Source: Girardia tigrina (lineage: Eukaryota). Taken from it: a DNA stretch of 57,448 nt. Location of the stretch: positions 1-57,448 of the forward strand of contig MQRK01194127.1 in NCBI GenBank assembly GCA_001938485.1. The letters are read 5' to 3'. A model generated the notes under the pieces. That model saw nothing but the letters and a program-made list of their open reading frames with translations, searched no databases and was not told the origin of the DNA. The position numbers and the translations under genes are program-made. Below, in pieces: positions 14,601 to 29,600 of this stretch (positions are counted from its first letter, which is position 1; each line of letters starts with the position of its first letter).

Positions 14601-17600
14601 AAAATATTTGAATCAGAAATAATAAAACCTGACACAGAGAATCATAAAATTGAATACAAAAGAAAAACTTAAAAACTACTAAAATGGTGACCAGATACTT
14701 TCCAATGCGAAAAATACTCAAGTAACAAATTGCTCATAAGGAAAGTTGCCCATCAGAAAACTTACCCTTTAGGAAATTTGGCCGTTTCAAAAGTTATTCG
14801 TAACTATGGCACGGAATTTAATGACCTTAAAAATCAAAAAAATGACTCTATGTTATTTCCTCTCTTTCCGGATGAGATATTATTTTGTTCTTCCCCTCTG
14901 CCAATAGTCTCCACCGTCACCAATCCACCGCAGTCACACCACTGCGCCACCCACTCTGCTATCAATGATTATTATTATTATTAATCCATTTATCTTTTAT
15001 TATTAGTGTTAGTAGCATGTGTGATATTGTCGATATTTGAATATTTCAAAATAGTCTGACAAAATAGTCTTTTTCCCCCTAATTCACGTTTGTTTTTTGT
15101 GTTAACAAAAAAACAGACTGTGGTTTAATTTGATATTAATTTGATTAATTTAATAGGCTCTCCATTCATCACTACGATTTTCAAGAAGTTCAACATAATA
15201 ATTTGCCGGTGAAGTCGTGGTGTCAACAAATCCAAAAACCCTAACCTTAACCCCTAACTTTAACCCTTAACCCTAACCCTAACAGTTCTTTTCCCCTATA
15301 TTTATTTTTTTACACCGAATTTTTAGTTAAAAAGTATTTTTTTAACCTATAGGAGAAAAAAGACAAGGCCCCAAAATTCGAATTAATATTTAACACAAAA
15401 ATGTATAAATATAAAAAACATATTTTCAAAAAAATCTTCATTAATTAAATTTTTTACCTCGTCAACTTAATTAATTTTGTTTAAATTATTATTTAAAATA
15501 TTTTCCTAATTTTAATTTATCATATTTTATAACTTTTATTGAAATTTTAATTTATTCAAACTTGTTAATTGTAGTAACATAAAATCTTAAATAGTTTTTT
15601 TTATTTTATAATCTTTTATAACTTTTATCAATTTTTTAAACAAAATTAAATCTTAAATAAATAATTTTATTTTGAGAAAAATTTTATCGCTATGTGTAAT
15701 TATTAAAACACTATGTATTTTTTATTAAAAAGCTAACTATTTTATTCAATAAATTCTAAGATAAAAATTTATTTTCCCTAAGTAAAAAAATTAGACATTA
15801 AGTAAAATAATATATAATGCTATATAAAAAATATGAAATTCTAAGTAAAAAACTAAAAAAGATAAATAAAAAATGCATAATCCTAAGTACAAAATACAAA
15901 ATTTTAATTAAAATATCCAAAGTTAATGAATGAAAATAAAAAGATTATTTTTTATCCTTTATCGAACAATTAGCCTTGGTTAGTCTACCACACTTCAATT
16001 TTTCTCCAATATCCACATTTCTAGCAACATCATGCAGTTTACAAAGACAGGTTCTAATTGAAATGCCAACAACATGCTTGCAGTTATAATTTTGAAAAAA
16101 TGCTGGACAGTCGAATACTCTTTCGACTTACTTTAGCTTTTTCTTTAAGAAATGTGGTTTTCCAAACATTGAAAGCACGTTTTTTAAATTACTCGAAGGT
16201 ATTCCAACACAGTAAATATTTTTCGTCAATAACAAGGTGGTTTAAATTTCCAGATGGAACGAAATATTCAACTGTTGTATCGAGATCTTCCAACAGCAAA
16301 AATTTGCTAATCTTGGCACATTGATAAGAACTGGTCCAAACACTTAAAGGGTTACTAGGCTATATCACAAATGTCTTCATATCTCGTTCATAAGCTTTCG
16401 ATCAGTTGGTAATCATCTCAAAAATAACGACGAGAAAACGAGGAGAGACAATCGTTCACGTAAAGTTCCCTCTTCTTTGATCAATCGGTTAAAACTCTCT
16501 GAAGCATTGTTGGTATCCTTCATACCAAGTGTTATTCAATAGTAGCCACTCATTATTGAAATAGTCGACAAATTTTAGGAAATCTTTTTTTCCATTTTTT
16601 AAGAAAACGAAGTGATGCTTTTCCAAAGATTTTAGAAGACTGGGACAACTATAACTTATCGATGTCTTCAAAAACAGGTTTACGAAAATTTGTAATAACC
16701 ACTGCTTGTACCTTTTTATCACAAGCACGAATCATATGAACCCAACACATTATAATTTGATAATTATTGAAAAGTATAATTATTGGTTGTGATAAAAAAG
16801 TATTGTTTTCATGATCGACTTCTTCATCACTCTCATTATCACTGTGCTCGTAATGAACAATTATTCTAATATAAAAAAAATCATAATCTGATTCAGGAAC
16901 TTTTTGTATTTGAGTATTCCTTTTAACTTTTCTAAACTTATTTTTGGCGTTTCTTCTTTTTCCCTTTTCGATTTAGAAAATTCCTTAAATAAATTATTGA
17001 TGGGATTTTTTTCTTTTCAATTCCTCGCTGATGCAAAATGTCAAATTCTCTTAGGCTTAATTCCACCAGTTCATTTATAATATTTTGGACATCTTCAGAA
17101 AAAAAAGATTTTTGGAAGAATTTCCATCGTGACTCATCACTAGCTCGAAATAAGATTAGCTCAACACCAGTAGAATCATCTAAGAGATAAATGTCGGCAT
17201 CACATTGCTTAACATTAAACTTAGCTAAATTGCACCTAAAAAACCGTTTCTCTCCTTCCGTTTTATTCTTATAGGAATGGCTCCATAATTTTTCTTCATT
17301 AATTGTATTTAGTGCTTCTTCACGTAACTTAAAACGAAAATCTTTATCTGAGATGCGAAACCTGTTAGTCATTCTTTTCTTTCGACTCATGAACCATTAT
17401 TTTCTAGTGGTTTTATTCTTTTGGCAAAGTGCTCATTTGGATGTTCAGGTTTTTACATTTCGCCGTCTTTGTTGCATAACTATGCGGGCTGTAGGAGCTT
17501 GTAGTTGTTTGTGCTACGAGGGTAATTAAGGTCAATACATTCTCTGAAATGCTTATTTCTTATGATGATTGATATTCATGTATTTGTGTTAAGTTGCTTG

Positions 17601-20600
17601 CCATTTTGTTAGTCTGCACGATTTATCTGGGAATTTTTATTATTAATATTAAAATTATTGGTTAAATTGTAGAAACTTACACTTAAAAAATATGGCCAAG
17701 TTTGAAAAAGTACAGTAAATATCATTTTAACCAAACATAATAGAATTTCAATTTAATAATAAAGGATTGAATTTTTTTTAAAGAACAAAAATTAAATTTC
17801 ATCAAACATAAATTTTCTAATTGACACTTACAATTGTTTGGTTATTACTAAATATACACAACAAAGTCGACTAATGTTGTTTTTTAAAATAAAAGTATTC
17901 GTTTTGCTGATTAAAAGATTAAAACAGATTTTTTTATTTACTGATTGTTTTTAACAGATATTTTTTAATTTACTGAGTGATTAAATATTAAACTTATAAT
18001 TATTGCTTTTTACTTAGAAAATAATAATTTACTGATGTAATAATTATAAAACAATGGATTCGTTTTAGTCTACTAAGCGTTTTATTAAGAATACTCAGCT
18101 TTTTAATAAAAAAAATACATAGCATTTGAATTAAAATACTTAGAGCTTAAATCATTGTCTTTTATTTTAAAGAATTTTGATAATTTTTAATCAATTTTTA
18201 ACCAATATTAAATTTTAAATAATTTTCGATTTTGGACAAATATTTATTATTTTAAATTCGAACTATTAAATAAATTATCTGGTGGATTTGAAAAAAATAA
18301 TGAACTCATATTAAGAGTGATTTTTTTTACTTTAAAATGTTAAAATTTGGACTGTTTTTTTGATTTTTTAGAAAGAAATATAAACTCATTTTAAAATATT
18401 AATAATTCGATGTAAACTTATTGGAAGTAAATTCAATTACAAATAATTTTATAAATATTTAAAAGAAAAATGATTAATTAAATAAAGGAAATTGGCAAAA
18501 TTAATTTCTATTTTAAAACGAAAAGCGAAAATATTAATGATATGAATCTGTTTAAAAGGATAATTACTAAAGAAAAGGATATTGTAATTAATATTATAAT
18601 TTGTGCAATATTATTAATAATTTTTTATCAAGACAGAAATCTGAGTTAAATGATGAAGACAATTTAAACGCTACTAACATAGGACAAACTAATATAACAA
18701 AATCAAAATGTATTGTAATAATTTTATAGTTTAAAATAATAATTCTTCTAAATATTTATTTAGTAAAATAATTTCAAATTTAAAATGTTTTTCTAAAAAT
18801 TTGATCATTTTAAAATACAACTTGACTGGACAGAGACAATTAACCTTTGGTACTTCTCGTTACAAGTGATACCTCTATGTTTGTCAAAGTTTCTTTATGC
18901 ACCTTGGCAAATAATATCTTGGTAAATAACGTGAATGTAAGGTGATTAACTCAGATATTTATTATTTTATTTTTTAAAAATAACATGTGAAAATCGCTCA
19001 TAACTTCCTAGGCTTACTCATGTTACTTAGAAAAGTGAAAGAAGCAGTACAAGATCCGGGATCTGAGACCCGTGCTGAAGAACTCCAAACTGAGTATGAG
19101 GAATAAGAAGAAAGTAAACAACGCATGTATATTCTCCGTAGTCTACTACGGCTGTGAAAGCTGGAGAACTGCGGACAAGAACACTATGAAATTGCATGCC
19201 CTTCATAATCTATGCACGCGCATAGTTAGGAAGAAACACAAAATTGAAAAGATCCGTATGGACATCTTAGACATTTGACTCCCACATCCCATGGATATTA
19301 TTGCGAGTAAACGGCTTACTTTCCACAGTAAGAAGGAAACTTCAGAGGAGTACGAGACAATCAAACAAATCTGGAAGGGAGAAATACAAATGTGGAAAAA
19401 GATCAGTGGGAGAAAGAAGCAATCAATTTCGGAATGTCTTCGAGTGGACATACAGTGGCTATTTGGGGATGATGCGGTGTATGGAGATTTCATTAACCGC
19501 ATCATTCACAGAGATCGTACTGTATCGAGGGAAACATACATAAACTCCTTAATTCGACCAGGAAGACTCAATAGGACAAGAACAACTGTACCGAAGCTGA
19601 TCAACGAGAGAGACAAACGTCACCAATGTCCAGTAGAAAGATGCTACAAGGAGTTTGCCGAAAAGAAGGAGCTGAACAGACACATGAAAAGGGACCACAC
19701 GGTTTCCGCTTCCGCTAATCCTGATCAGTTCAATGAGATACAACAACAGCAATTGCCATTCCCATGTATACTATGCAAAAAGTCGTACAAAACGAAGGGA
19801 TGACTAACCAGGCACCTCTACTGGGATCATAAATTGGAAAACCGACAATGACACCAGCGCAAACCAGTACAACCACAGAAGAAAGAGTCGTAGAAAACCT
19901 CAACATTCCAGGCAACCAGATTCAATCCGTAACGGACCCCCCGACTATCTCGACGGCGGTGGAAGAAGCGATATGTACTGAAGAAAGACATCTGACTTTT
20001 AGGATTGCAGATCTAACTGCAAGGGGGAGTTCAGATGTCCCTTTCGCGGCTGTACGAAGTCCACGAATACAGCCAAAGGTATGCAGAACCATGGCTATAC
20101 AACCCATGGGTGGTCGTTTCTCACAGGGAACTCGAAAAGATCTCGGAGACCGAAACTATCCGACCCCGTAGGAGGACTATAGGGTGGCTACTAGTGATTC
20201 TTTAGTTTGGGTGCACCCTCTAAAGAGCCTAGAGGCTCAATACCATTCGAAAGAGATGGGAGGCGCACAAGATTTCGTTATAAAGAACATATACACATCA
20301 GTATCTACTCATCTTTTTTTATAATTTTAACAATTCCATTGTCTCCATAATTTTTTAAATTTCCCGAAAAATGTCGGAGAGATGTAATGTATAACAATAT
20401 ATAAATATATAATCAGAGTCATAATATAGTATACATTAATAAATTTCTAAACTCATAAAAACAATTTTTAAAAGCTTTATTCACGAGTTTATGGTTGTCC
20501 AGTGAGCAGTAGATTATCACATTTAGTACTCAATGATTACATAAAATAAATAACCTACATTTATCGCATAAAAAATTTATTTGCATTTATAAAAAAATTA

Positions 20601-23600
20601 ACATACAATTTTAACGGAAATAAATATATACCTATATAACTTTCTACGATGTGGTTTGTCCTCGCTTTTCATGAACCCAGATTCACCATGACAACCTTCA
20701 AACACTGTGATTTTTCCATCAAAGAGTGCGAGAAATTCTTCACTCTCGTCTTCCTGTTCAATTCTTTCACATCGACAATCGGCACACAAATAATTCCTAA
20801 GATTAACCGCGTGGACGGCAGCACACGTTACTTTGTCCAATGATGCTTCCTTGCCAATCCAATAATAAATGGAATAGAAAATACTGTTGTGAGCTTTTTC
20901 ATCGACATTTGTATGTAGAATTATATAACAGTCGCCATTATAAAAAGTTCCAAAAGTGAGTTCCTCATTGACTTTTCTGGGATAAAATTCGTCAATTTCC
21001 CAAATTTCTATGCCAGGTATTACACCCACATCCTAAAATTGTAAAGTTCTATTCAATTCATTGCAACAAATGATTTTTAAATAAAATAATTCTTCAAATC
21101 CTAATTATTATCAGACACCTTGACAAAATTAAACAAGCTGGATCATATCTTTAGTCATTTTTAGAGCAATACCCGAAGAAAAAGAAGCCAGAAGTAAGAA
21201 AGTTAAATGACTGAATATGTGGTAAAAGCTAATTTGCATCCATCAAAAATGATTTTCATCTTTGTGTGGGTTTATTAAGGAATTACTTTTTAACTTGTTC
21301 CATGTGATCAAATAATAACAATGCACAAGAACTTTGAGCAACTTCATAAACTCAATGCGAAAATTTAAGAACAAATATCCCAGTTTGACCAATGGAAAAG
21401 ATGAACTATTTTGTTGTGCGACCCCTCATTCTGTATTAAATTTTGTCGCAACCCATTGGTAAATAATGAACTTTTTTAATCAACAGTGGAGTTACAGGGA
21501 AATAAAATAAATTTTTTAAGCACGGTTTTATTTATGTATATAGTGATGTCTATAGAACTAAGTATAGTTTTATATTACACTTGATATAGTGGAAATTCGA
21601 TGGCAAAGAGTATCTTTTGATAATGGTTTTTTTAATCATTACCATATTTTTCTCCATGCATAATTGATGTCATTTTATTGCCGCGGAATGAATAGGCGAT
21701 TCTCCAATTGTATGAGGTTTTAAATTTTTCGCAATTAAATACGAAACTTCTAAGGATGCCAGAAAATAATTTTCAGGGACCGATGTATAAGTTTTCAGAA
21801 ATGTATTTTGATTTTTCATGACCTCAGCTCGTTTCTTAAAAAAATGTTTAGGATTTACATAATAAATCGTTATGCTTAGTTTCCAAATATCTTTTTTTAA
21901 TTTGGCAGATTTGGTGCTTTCGTGTGCCAGTTTTTCATTACAATTAACACACAACGGATATTCGATCCCTTAATATTTTAATTTAACTTTTTTTGTAAAA
22001 ATTAAAATTAGTTAAAAAAGTTAGATTTAGAAATTAAAAATAAGTTAAAAATTTAATATAAAAATACAAAATTAATTATTTCATTTAATTAATAATTTAT
22101 TATTACAGTACTCATTGAGTTATTTGAACTCTCAGTTATTTGAAGAAAATAGTAAAATTTTTTTCAAAATGATTTATTTTTCCAAATGATTTAATGGCAT
22201 TTTTAAAATGATGACATAATTTTCATAATTGAGTTATTTGAACCTTTTACAAATCCCCAAGGATTCAAATAAATCAGCGGCTACTGTAATATTATTAGAA
22301 AAAAATAGGAAAGCTATGAAAATAAAATTTAAATTAAAGTTGATATAAATTAATGTGATGCCTATTTTTTCAGCACGAAAAAGGTTTTTCTATGGCCTTG
22401 TATTTTTGTATTGGTAAATAAATTTCTTCAAATTTGGTGACCCCCAAAAATCTGTTTGCGACCCCTTGTTTGCACACCACATGTCATTCAAAAACGCTGC
22501 AGGAAATATAGTTTAAAATTATTCATTATGTATTTAAAATTAATTATTTGTTTCGGTCACCTACAGTGACAAATGCTGATTATGTGGAAGAGGTCATAAA
22601 CTGCTTTCTGAGAAAACAAACAACGCACTATCTATGAAAACAGAATCCAGAAATTTATAAAAGGTTTCGTGACAGTAAAAAATCATGTTGGCCACATGAT
22701 TCATTAATAAATTTTACTTAAAACCCTACAGGAATTTTTGAAAACATTTAACAAAATCTGTTCAACTTAAAAAGAACAATTAAACTTAATTCAAATTATA
22801 AAAATAATAAATCCAATAATTAAATAAAAATCGAAATACTTCTTCGAATAATCTACTGTAGTCCAAATTTGGTTTAGCAATAGCATCCTGCCATCTTTTG
22901 GCGGACAATAATTTCTCTTCTTTTTCTCTTTCTTCTAAAACTGCATCTTTATCTTTAGCCACTTTTTGCATTCCCTCTAGTACACGTTTACTATCGCTAC
23001 TTTTCTCACTTGAGTCTTCCAATTTTTTTCTTCGTAATCTACGAATTCTTGAAGCAGTATCCTTAATACAATTTGAAATTTAATTCGAATTTCATACATT
23101 TTTTTAAAAAAGAAATAAAAATTTCGAAAGATGCAATGTAAAAAAATTGAACTAAATTAATGCAATTGATGAATATGCAATCTTTGAATACGATTTTCTA
23201 ATTAATCACCTATTTATTAATAAATGATTGAAAACTGATATTTCATATTGAAATGAATAAGCCACAAGCGAGAAGTGAAAACATGGATAGCTTGACCGAA
23301 AGACTCTCTTCATGTTGTTATTCATCGGTCTTTCGGTGATTCATTCAACAGATCTATTCTAAGAGCACCGATGTTTATCAACTATCAACATCTAGTTTCA
23401 AATAAATATACTTTCACAGTTCAAATGATGATTTGTTTAATCATTCACGAAAATTATACAGAAATGCAAACACAATATTTGACAAAATAAATATCTCTTT
23501 AAAGAAGTTATAATATTATAAGGTACATTTTGAAGCACTAGAGCAGACAAACACGAGAATTGTTTCACTAAAATTGTCCGCAAATAAAGAATGTGCAATA

Positions 23601-26600
23601 TGGGCGCCAATAATGATGAGGAAATATGGCAACCTCAGCATCAGTCCGAGTTTGAACCATTTGATCAATCTGTCCATTAAACGATGCAAGATTATTTTGT
23701 CTTTCATTTAATCAATCAGAAAATACAAGAATCAAAATTGTGCATAACAGATGCAAATATTGTCAAATTAATCGATTTTGCTGATAAAAATTTGTTTGTT
23801 CGTCTATAATTTTAAACCAGAGTAATTATTTTTTTCGTAATTATTTATATTATTTTGTGTATTAGTCATTTCTAATTTATTATCATCAGACTATCATCAA
23901 TCAAATATATCCAAAATAATCTATGAAAAGTTCATTTTTACGTTAAGCAATTACATTCTTACTGTCTGACAGCGAAGAATATCAAATTTATGATTTCTAT
24001 TAAAGGCATAACTGGATAAATTTATTTATTGATAACACTAAAAATAATATTTATATATAATGCAATAACTTTGTTATATCCAAGTATATGATATTAAAAC
24101 ACTAGACTTCGATTTCAATCAGAAAAAAATAATTAAGAGCACTAAAACCACTCACACAAATCCGAATGTACGTTTTGAACCAATGTTAATCTTTGCCACT
24201 TCAGCTTCATATACAAGCATCAGTCATAATACTACATTCTATGATTTTGAGGTCATCTTATTGATCCTGTGGGTTTCATTATGTAGTACTGTAAATGGAC
24301 ATGTGGTATTTCGTTTAATTCCTGATATAACTTAAATAGAAAGTACATTATTTCCTCCTTGTTTATTTCTGACTGGCATGCTCCAATAATCCAGTGATCG
24401 TACACCATCAGTTTCGTTTTAGATGGACTGATCGGAATATTTTTAAGATTCTGGATGAGACTTTAGATGCATCTAGAGAAATAAAAGCTTGTGTAGAGAT
24501 TGTAATCACTTTTTCCCTGTGGAAGAATTAACTGATGATGAGGACGAAGATCATACAGAAATTCATGACATTGCTGGCGACGTAGATCTGTTGGACCTTG
24601 TTTTTTCGTGGAGAAAACGTCAACTGAAATTCGATTAAATTCTACAAATACCTCGACAGTATATCCAGGAAAAGTGTGAGTTGCTTCTTGGAGAAATCTA
24701 TCACTTGCCTCTCAAGATATTCGATCATTTTGGGAAGAAATTATTCGTTTGTTTAAAGAAAACCGTGAGTTAAAAGCTAGACAAAAGATTGAACACTCAT
24801 AAATTGATACATGGAGAACTGAAACAATTTTTTGTGATACTAATGTTGTCATGCTATCACATTCTCCCAGTAAGCAGATGTAGTGGGAGAGAAGTGAGGA
24901 TGCCTGTTACCATTCGCTTCTTAAAAATAAAAATGGCTACATGCAGGAGATAATAATCAATTGGATGCTACTGCTCACAAAAATACTTTCATTCCTTGAC
25001 CTGACAAAAAAACATTCTTCGTTAGGAAATCTTCGAAAACATTTTTCTGACAAAAGCATTGTACCGAATTTTGGGACAATGTGGATTAAAAATATTTCTT
25101 AAATGGAAGTCCGTACGTTTTTGGTTCACAATTTTAACTTTGTGCGATTTTCTAGGCACAACATCGATGTCTCACAAGGCGGAAAAGTAATCAGCAAAGA
25201 ACTATATTGACCACAAGTATATTTTGTGACATGGTATCAGTTATTCCTTTTCATCCCCTTTAATTTAATTTAATTTAATCGCACGATGATTTAAAGATTG
25301 TATTCACCTTTTCTGCGTTTAGCAGCCATCAAATTCGCTGTGCAGTATGTTACTACAAAGGCCAAATTTAAGTATATTTAGTGTATTGTAACTCTCAATC
25401 ATCTTGCTTTAGGACATACCCAACTTGCACAAAATATCTTAATGGTGCATGTTTTTTGGCTTATTATTGTACATGAAAAAATTAGCACTCTAATAGTGCG
25501 GTACATATTTTTATCTCTGTATTAGATTGGTTATCGAATTAATCACATCCTTTACTTAGAGAATAATTATATTTTTAAGTTTTAACTCGAGAGGCAAACG
25601 TTTGAGATGGTTCGTGTGTAGAAGATTAAATAAATTATTAAATTAGTATTATTAAAATTATTTTAAGAAACACTAAAGGCTATTACATTTTCAAAAGCCT
25701 AAAAAAACAATCAGAATATTCAAAATATCAATCAACCACTTAGGTAGGACAGACATCACTATAAAACAACATTACAATTCATATAACTTAAAATTAAGAT
25801 AAAAAATCAAAGTATTTCTTTGAAACAGGGAAATCAGTTTCGAATCCGAATATACATTTTTCTGAAATAATGTCATGTATGAAACATGGTTAATCTAACA
25901 GTTACTCAGTAGATTGTTATTTATGTGACAATTTAGTACTATATTATAAGAAATTATATTCATGATAAGGCATAATTAATTAGATATAAGATAAATACAA
26001 AACACATTTCGATATTGATACGTCTTGCCATGAGGTAAGGCTATGAAAAGAATACCAATATTGTTCTCAAGCGGAAAATAAACTAATTTTTGTCGACATC
26101 ACTTCAAGTTATAAACAAAGTGAACTTCCAAATTGTGCTAAATCAAGATACATTGGAGTTTTAAAATATCATTTTTTTTGTTATTTTTAAGAACTCTAAT
26201 TTGGTTATCACCACTTTTATTATTATCACAATTCGAATTATCTCTAGGACAATTCACAACAAACTTTCATCAGTTGACATAGAGCCAAAGTAATAAGATT
26301 TTAGATTGATTCGTTTTAAAAGCTCGAAAAAGGATTTCCATTTTATACAATTAAATTATTTTTATCGTTACATGATTATTTTATACATTTTTAGAAATTT
26401 AATATTTTAATATATCTCAATATAAAATGTACTTAAGAGAAATTAATTTAATGATTTAAATTTTCAATTATTCGAATTAATAATTTCATCTAAAATTTTA
26501 CTAAAGAATTTATTTTTTTGACAAATATTGATTTAATTGATTTGAAAAATTTTGTTTGAATCTTTTCACATTAATAAAACTATTGGGTTGATTAGAAAAT

Positions 26601-29600
26601 TCTTGCGCTTTTTATGAATAAACAAAAGTTGGAAAATTCAAATTTGAGCTTTAAGAAGGTTTCGCATTATGTAACCTATTGCAATGTTAGTATTGCATAA
26701 TCCGCATAATCTTCGTGATTTTGATCAAGAACGTCGAAAAATGGCCGCCGCTTCTTTTCACTTATTTCCTCTATCGACTGACTGGTTTGTCAGCATCGTC
26801 ACAGGTGATGAGAATGGGGTTCAATACAACAACATTAAACCCCAAAGTTCCTGATTGAATCTATTCAAAAATCTTGTGCATCTAAAGCTACCTATCCAAA
26901 GCCTGATCTACATCCGCAGTCTTATCTTATTTTGTCCATATGATGCGACACCAATGGCTTACTCTCTATGAACGTCTTCCAAAAACCAAAAGCATCACCT
27001 CTGAGCTCTAATGTGCGCAATTGGACAAATTATCCACCAAGATAAAGAAACTGCGGCCTAACAATGGGTCAATTAGATTCCTGCACGACAACGTTCGACC
27101 ACAAGTCACTCTGATAGCGCACAAAAGCTGCTTGACCTGGACTGCGAGATCTTTATCCATCCACCCTATATCACAAGCTTGTCACTATCAGACTTTCATC
27201 TGCACCGACCGTTAACCGATTCTCTGGTCACACAATCGTTCAGCAATAATACTGAGTTGGAGATTCGGATGAAATCCTTCTTAAAATCAAGGCTTGCTGA
27301 ATTTAACGCATATGGTATTCATGTTCTCCCTGAAAGATTGGAAAAAGTGATTGACAACGATGATGCCTATTTAGATTATTTCTGGTGATCTCACATCCAG
27401 ATCCGAGCTCTTGTTAATAAATACTGTTTTGTTTAGCTATTTCGTTTATCATATTCCTCAGTTATGATATCTAATTTTTAAATGCATGTTTTTCTCAAAT
27501 GCAAAGATGAGAGATTAGCTTTACATCTATTGATCTTAAAAATATTATCAAACATAAAATACATATAATAAGAACAATTATATTATGCAAAATAAATAAT
27601 TTTTATCTCTTAAGATACTATAGACTCAAAAGATAATAATTAAGTAATTACAATTAATCCAACAAAAAATTGTGAATCTTAAAACTTCATCACTAAAAAA
27701 CGTGACATACCTTTAGAGAAACTTCTTTTGATACTGCTTTTGGTGGGGCTCCACGAGCCAACTGCATTTGTGTCTCAAGGGAAAAATCAATGTTGTAAAA
27801 TGCATATTTTGATTTGGTATCATTTTCGCCGAGTTTAGGTGGCATTTTTAGGTTGGGATTGTTATCAATGTTGAAGGTTATTAGGGATTCAATGAGGACA
27901 TTTATAGCGTCTGGCAGGGTTACAAGCTTGTTCATTCGCAAATTCAAGTGTTTGAGTTGCCCACACCGACACAAGCCTAAAATATGCATATCATATCACT
28001 GATCAAAGAAGTTCTACATTAATAAAACTATTTTTACTGTTGTTTAAGAGTACAGACAATAATTTTGTAATTTATATATTTTTTCAACTTTTGCAATAAA
28101 TATTAAACCAATATCAGAACAGTAGAAATATGTAACAACGATATTATGGTTGAGTCTTGGAGACCCGTATAACATTCACAAAATTTCAATATTTTGAAGG
28201 AATTATCAGGGCAACTGTTAGCTCCAGTTATTGAAAAGTATAGCAACGTTGCACAAATTTCTTGAGAAATACGCTCATCTCAAAATGGCACGGGTCAAAT
28301 AGACCCAACTGTGTGATTGTCGGATTAATAATAGTAATGCATAAGATGAAAATTTAATTAAATTGTCGAATAAATTTCATTAATAAGTAACTGATCTCAT
28401 GAGTTTCAAACCCGTTACCTGCAAAAACTTACTATAACATATGAGAAATTACAAACAACATTTTCTTGATTTACTTGAACATTTCATAAAAACACTAGCT
28501 ATGTTATGTTTATATTTTTAAAATCTTTCTAAATTTACATTTCTATGACTTCCGGTGACATTTTTATATAATCTAACGTCACTCTTGACTCGATGTCCTT
28601 TTCTTATAAAAGATCGAAAGTGTTACCATGTCTATTTTGTCTGCCTTCTTTTCTAAGTCCATACTTCCCATCTACTACCTTCAATTTAACAAACCTACCA
28701 TTATGCAAGTCACATGAAATTTTAAATACAAATTCAAACCCCTTAAATGATCACTTTCTATTTTCCAAAAAATATGAACTGGTTAATATTATAATGTATG
28801 TCAAACAAAACTCATCCATTAAAAAAATATATTTTTAAAGTAATATACTTCGACGGATAAACCTTTATCCATAAATCACTTATTAATCTTTGGTTTGCTT
28901 GTATATATTTCTAGTCTGGTAAACATTAGACTGAAATTATTCGAATAAATATATGATAAAGTGCATTTTAAAAATTGTTAATATAGAACATGTTTTGATC
29001 AGCATTGATCATCATCAGCTATTAATTAGTGTTTGATAGTGTTTAATTAAACTGATTAAATGGTAACAAAAATAAAATTAATTGATTTTATTGGACAAAA
29101 AAAGAATTATTTTATTTATATATATACCGTATTACTTCGATTTACCGCGGCGGCGTTTATTTTAAATGCTGAATCGAAGGTGCGGTGTTAAATCTAAGGC
29201 AGCGTTTATTCGAGGGCGGTGTTTATTTCAGAAATTAAAAAAATTAAAATTAAAAAACTTTATTCAAAAAAATAATAATTTGTTTAAAAATACACAATAT
29301 TTTCGCTTATTTTTTTATAGAAAAGAATGCCGAGCAAACGATCTTATGACCTAGCTTTCAAACAGAGAGCAAAACACAATCTTACTTTTAGATATATTAT
29401 ATTATAAAGTATGATTGATTGTATAATTGTACTTTTTAATGCGGCGTTAAATCGAAGTAATACGGTATATATATATATATATATAATCATTATTATTATT
29501 ATTAATTATGTAAAAAAAATTTTAAAGACACAATTTGAGACTGTAGTGAAAAATTATATAAATACTTTTGGAAGATAATTTTAAAGATCAGGATAGTGTT

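Noticed and set aside
15238-15283. True telomere
   Set aside because: Short, degenerate and intronic; typical of MITE interiors.
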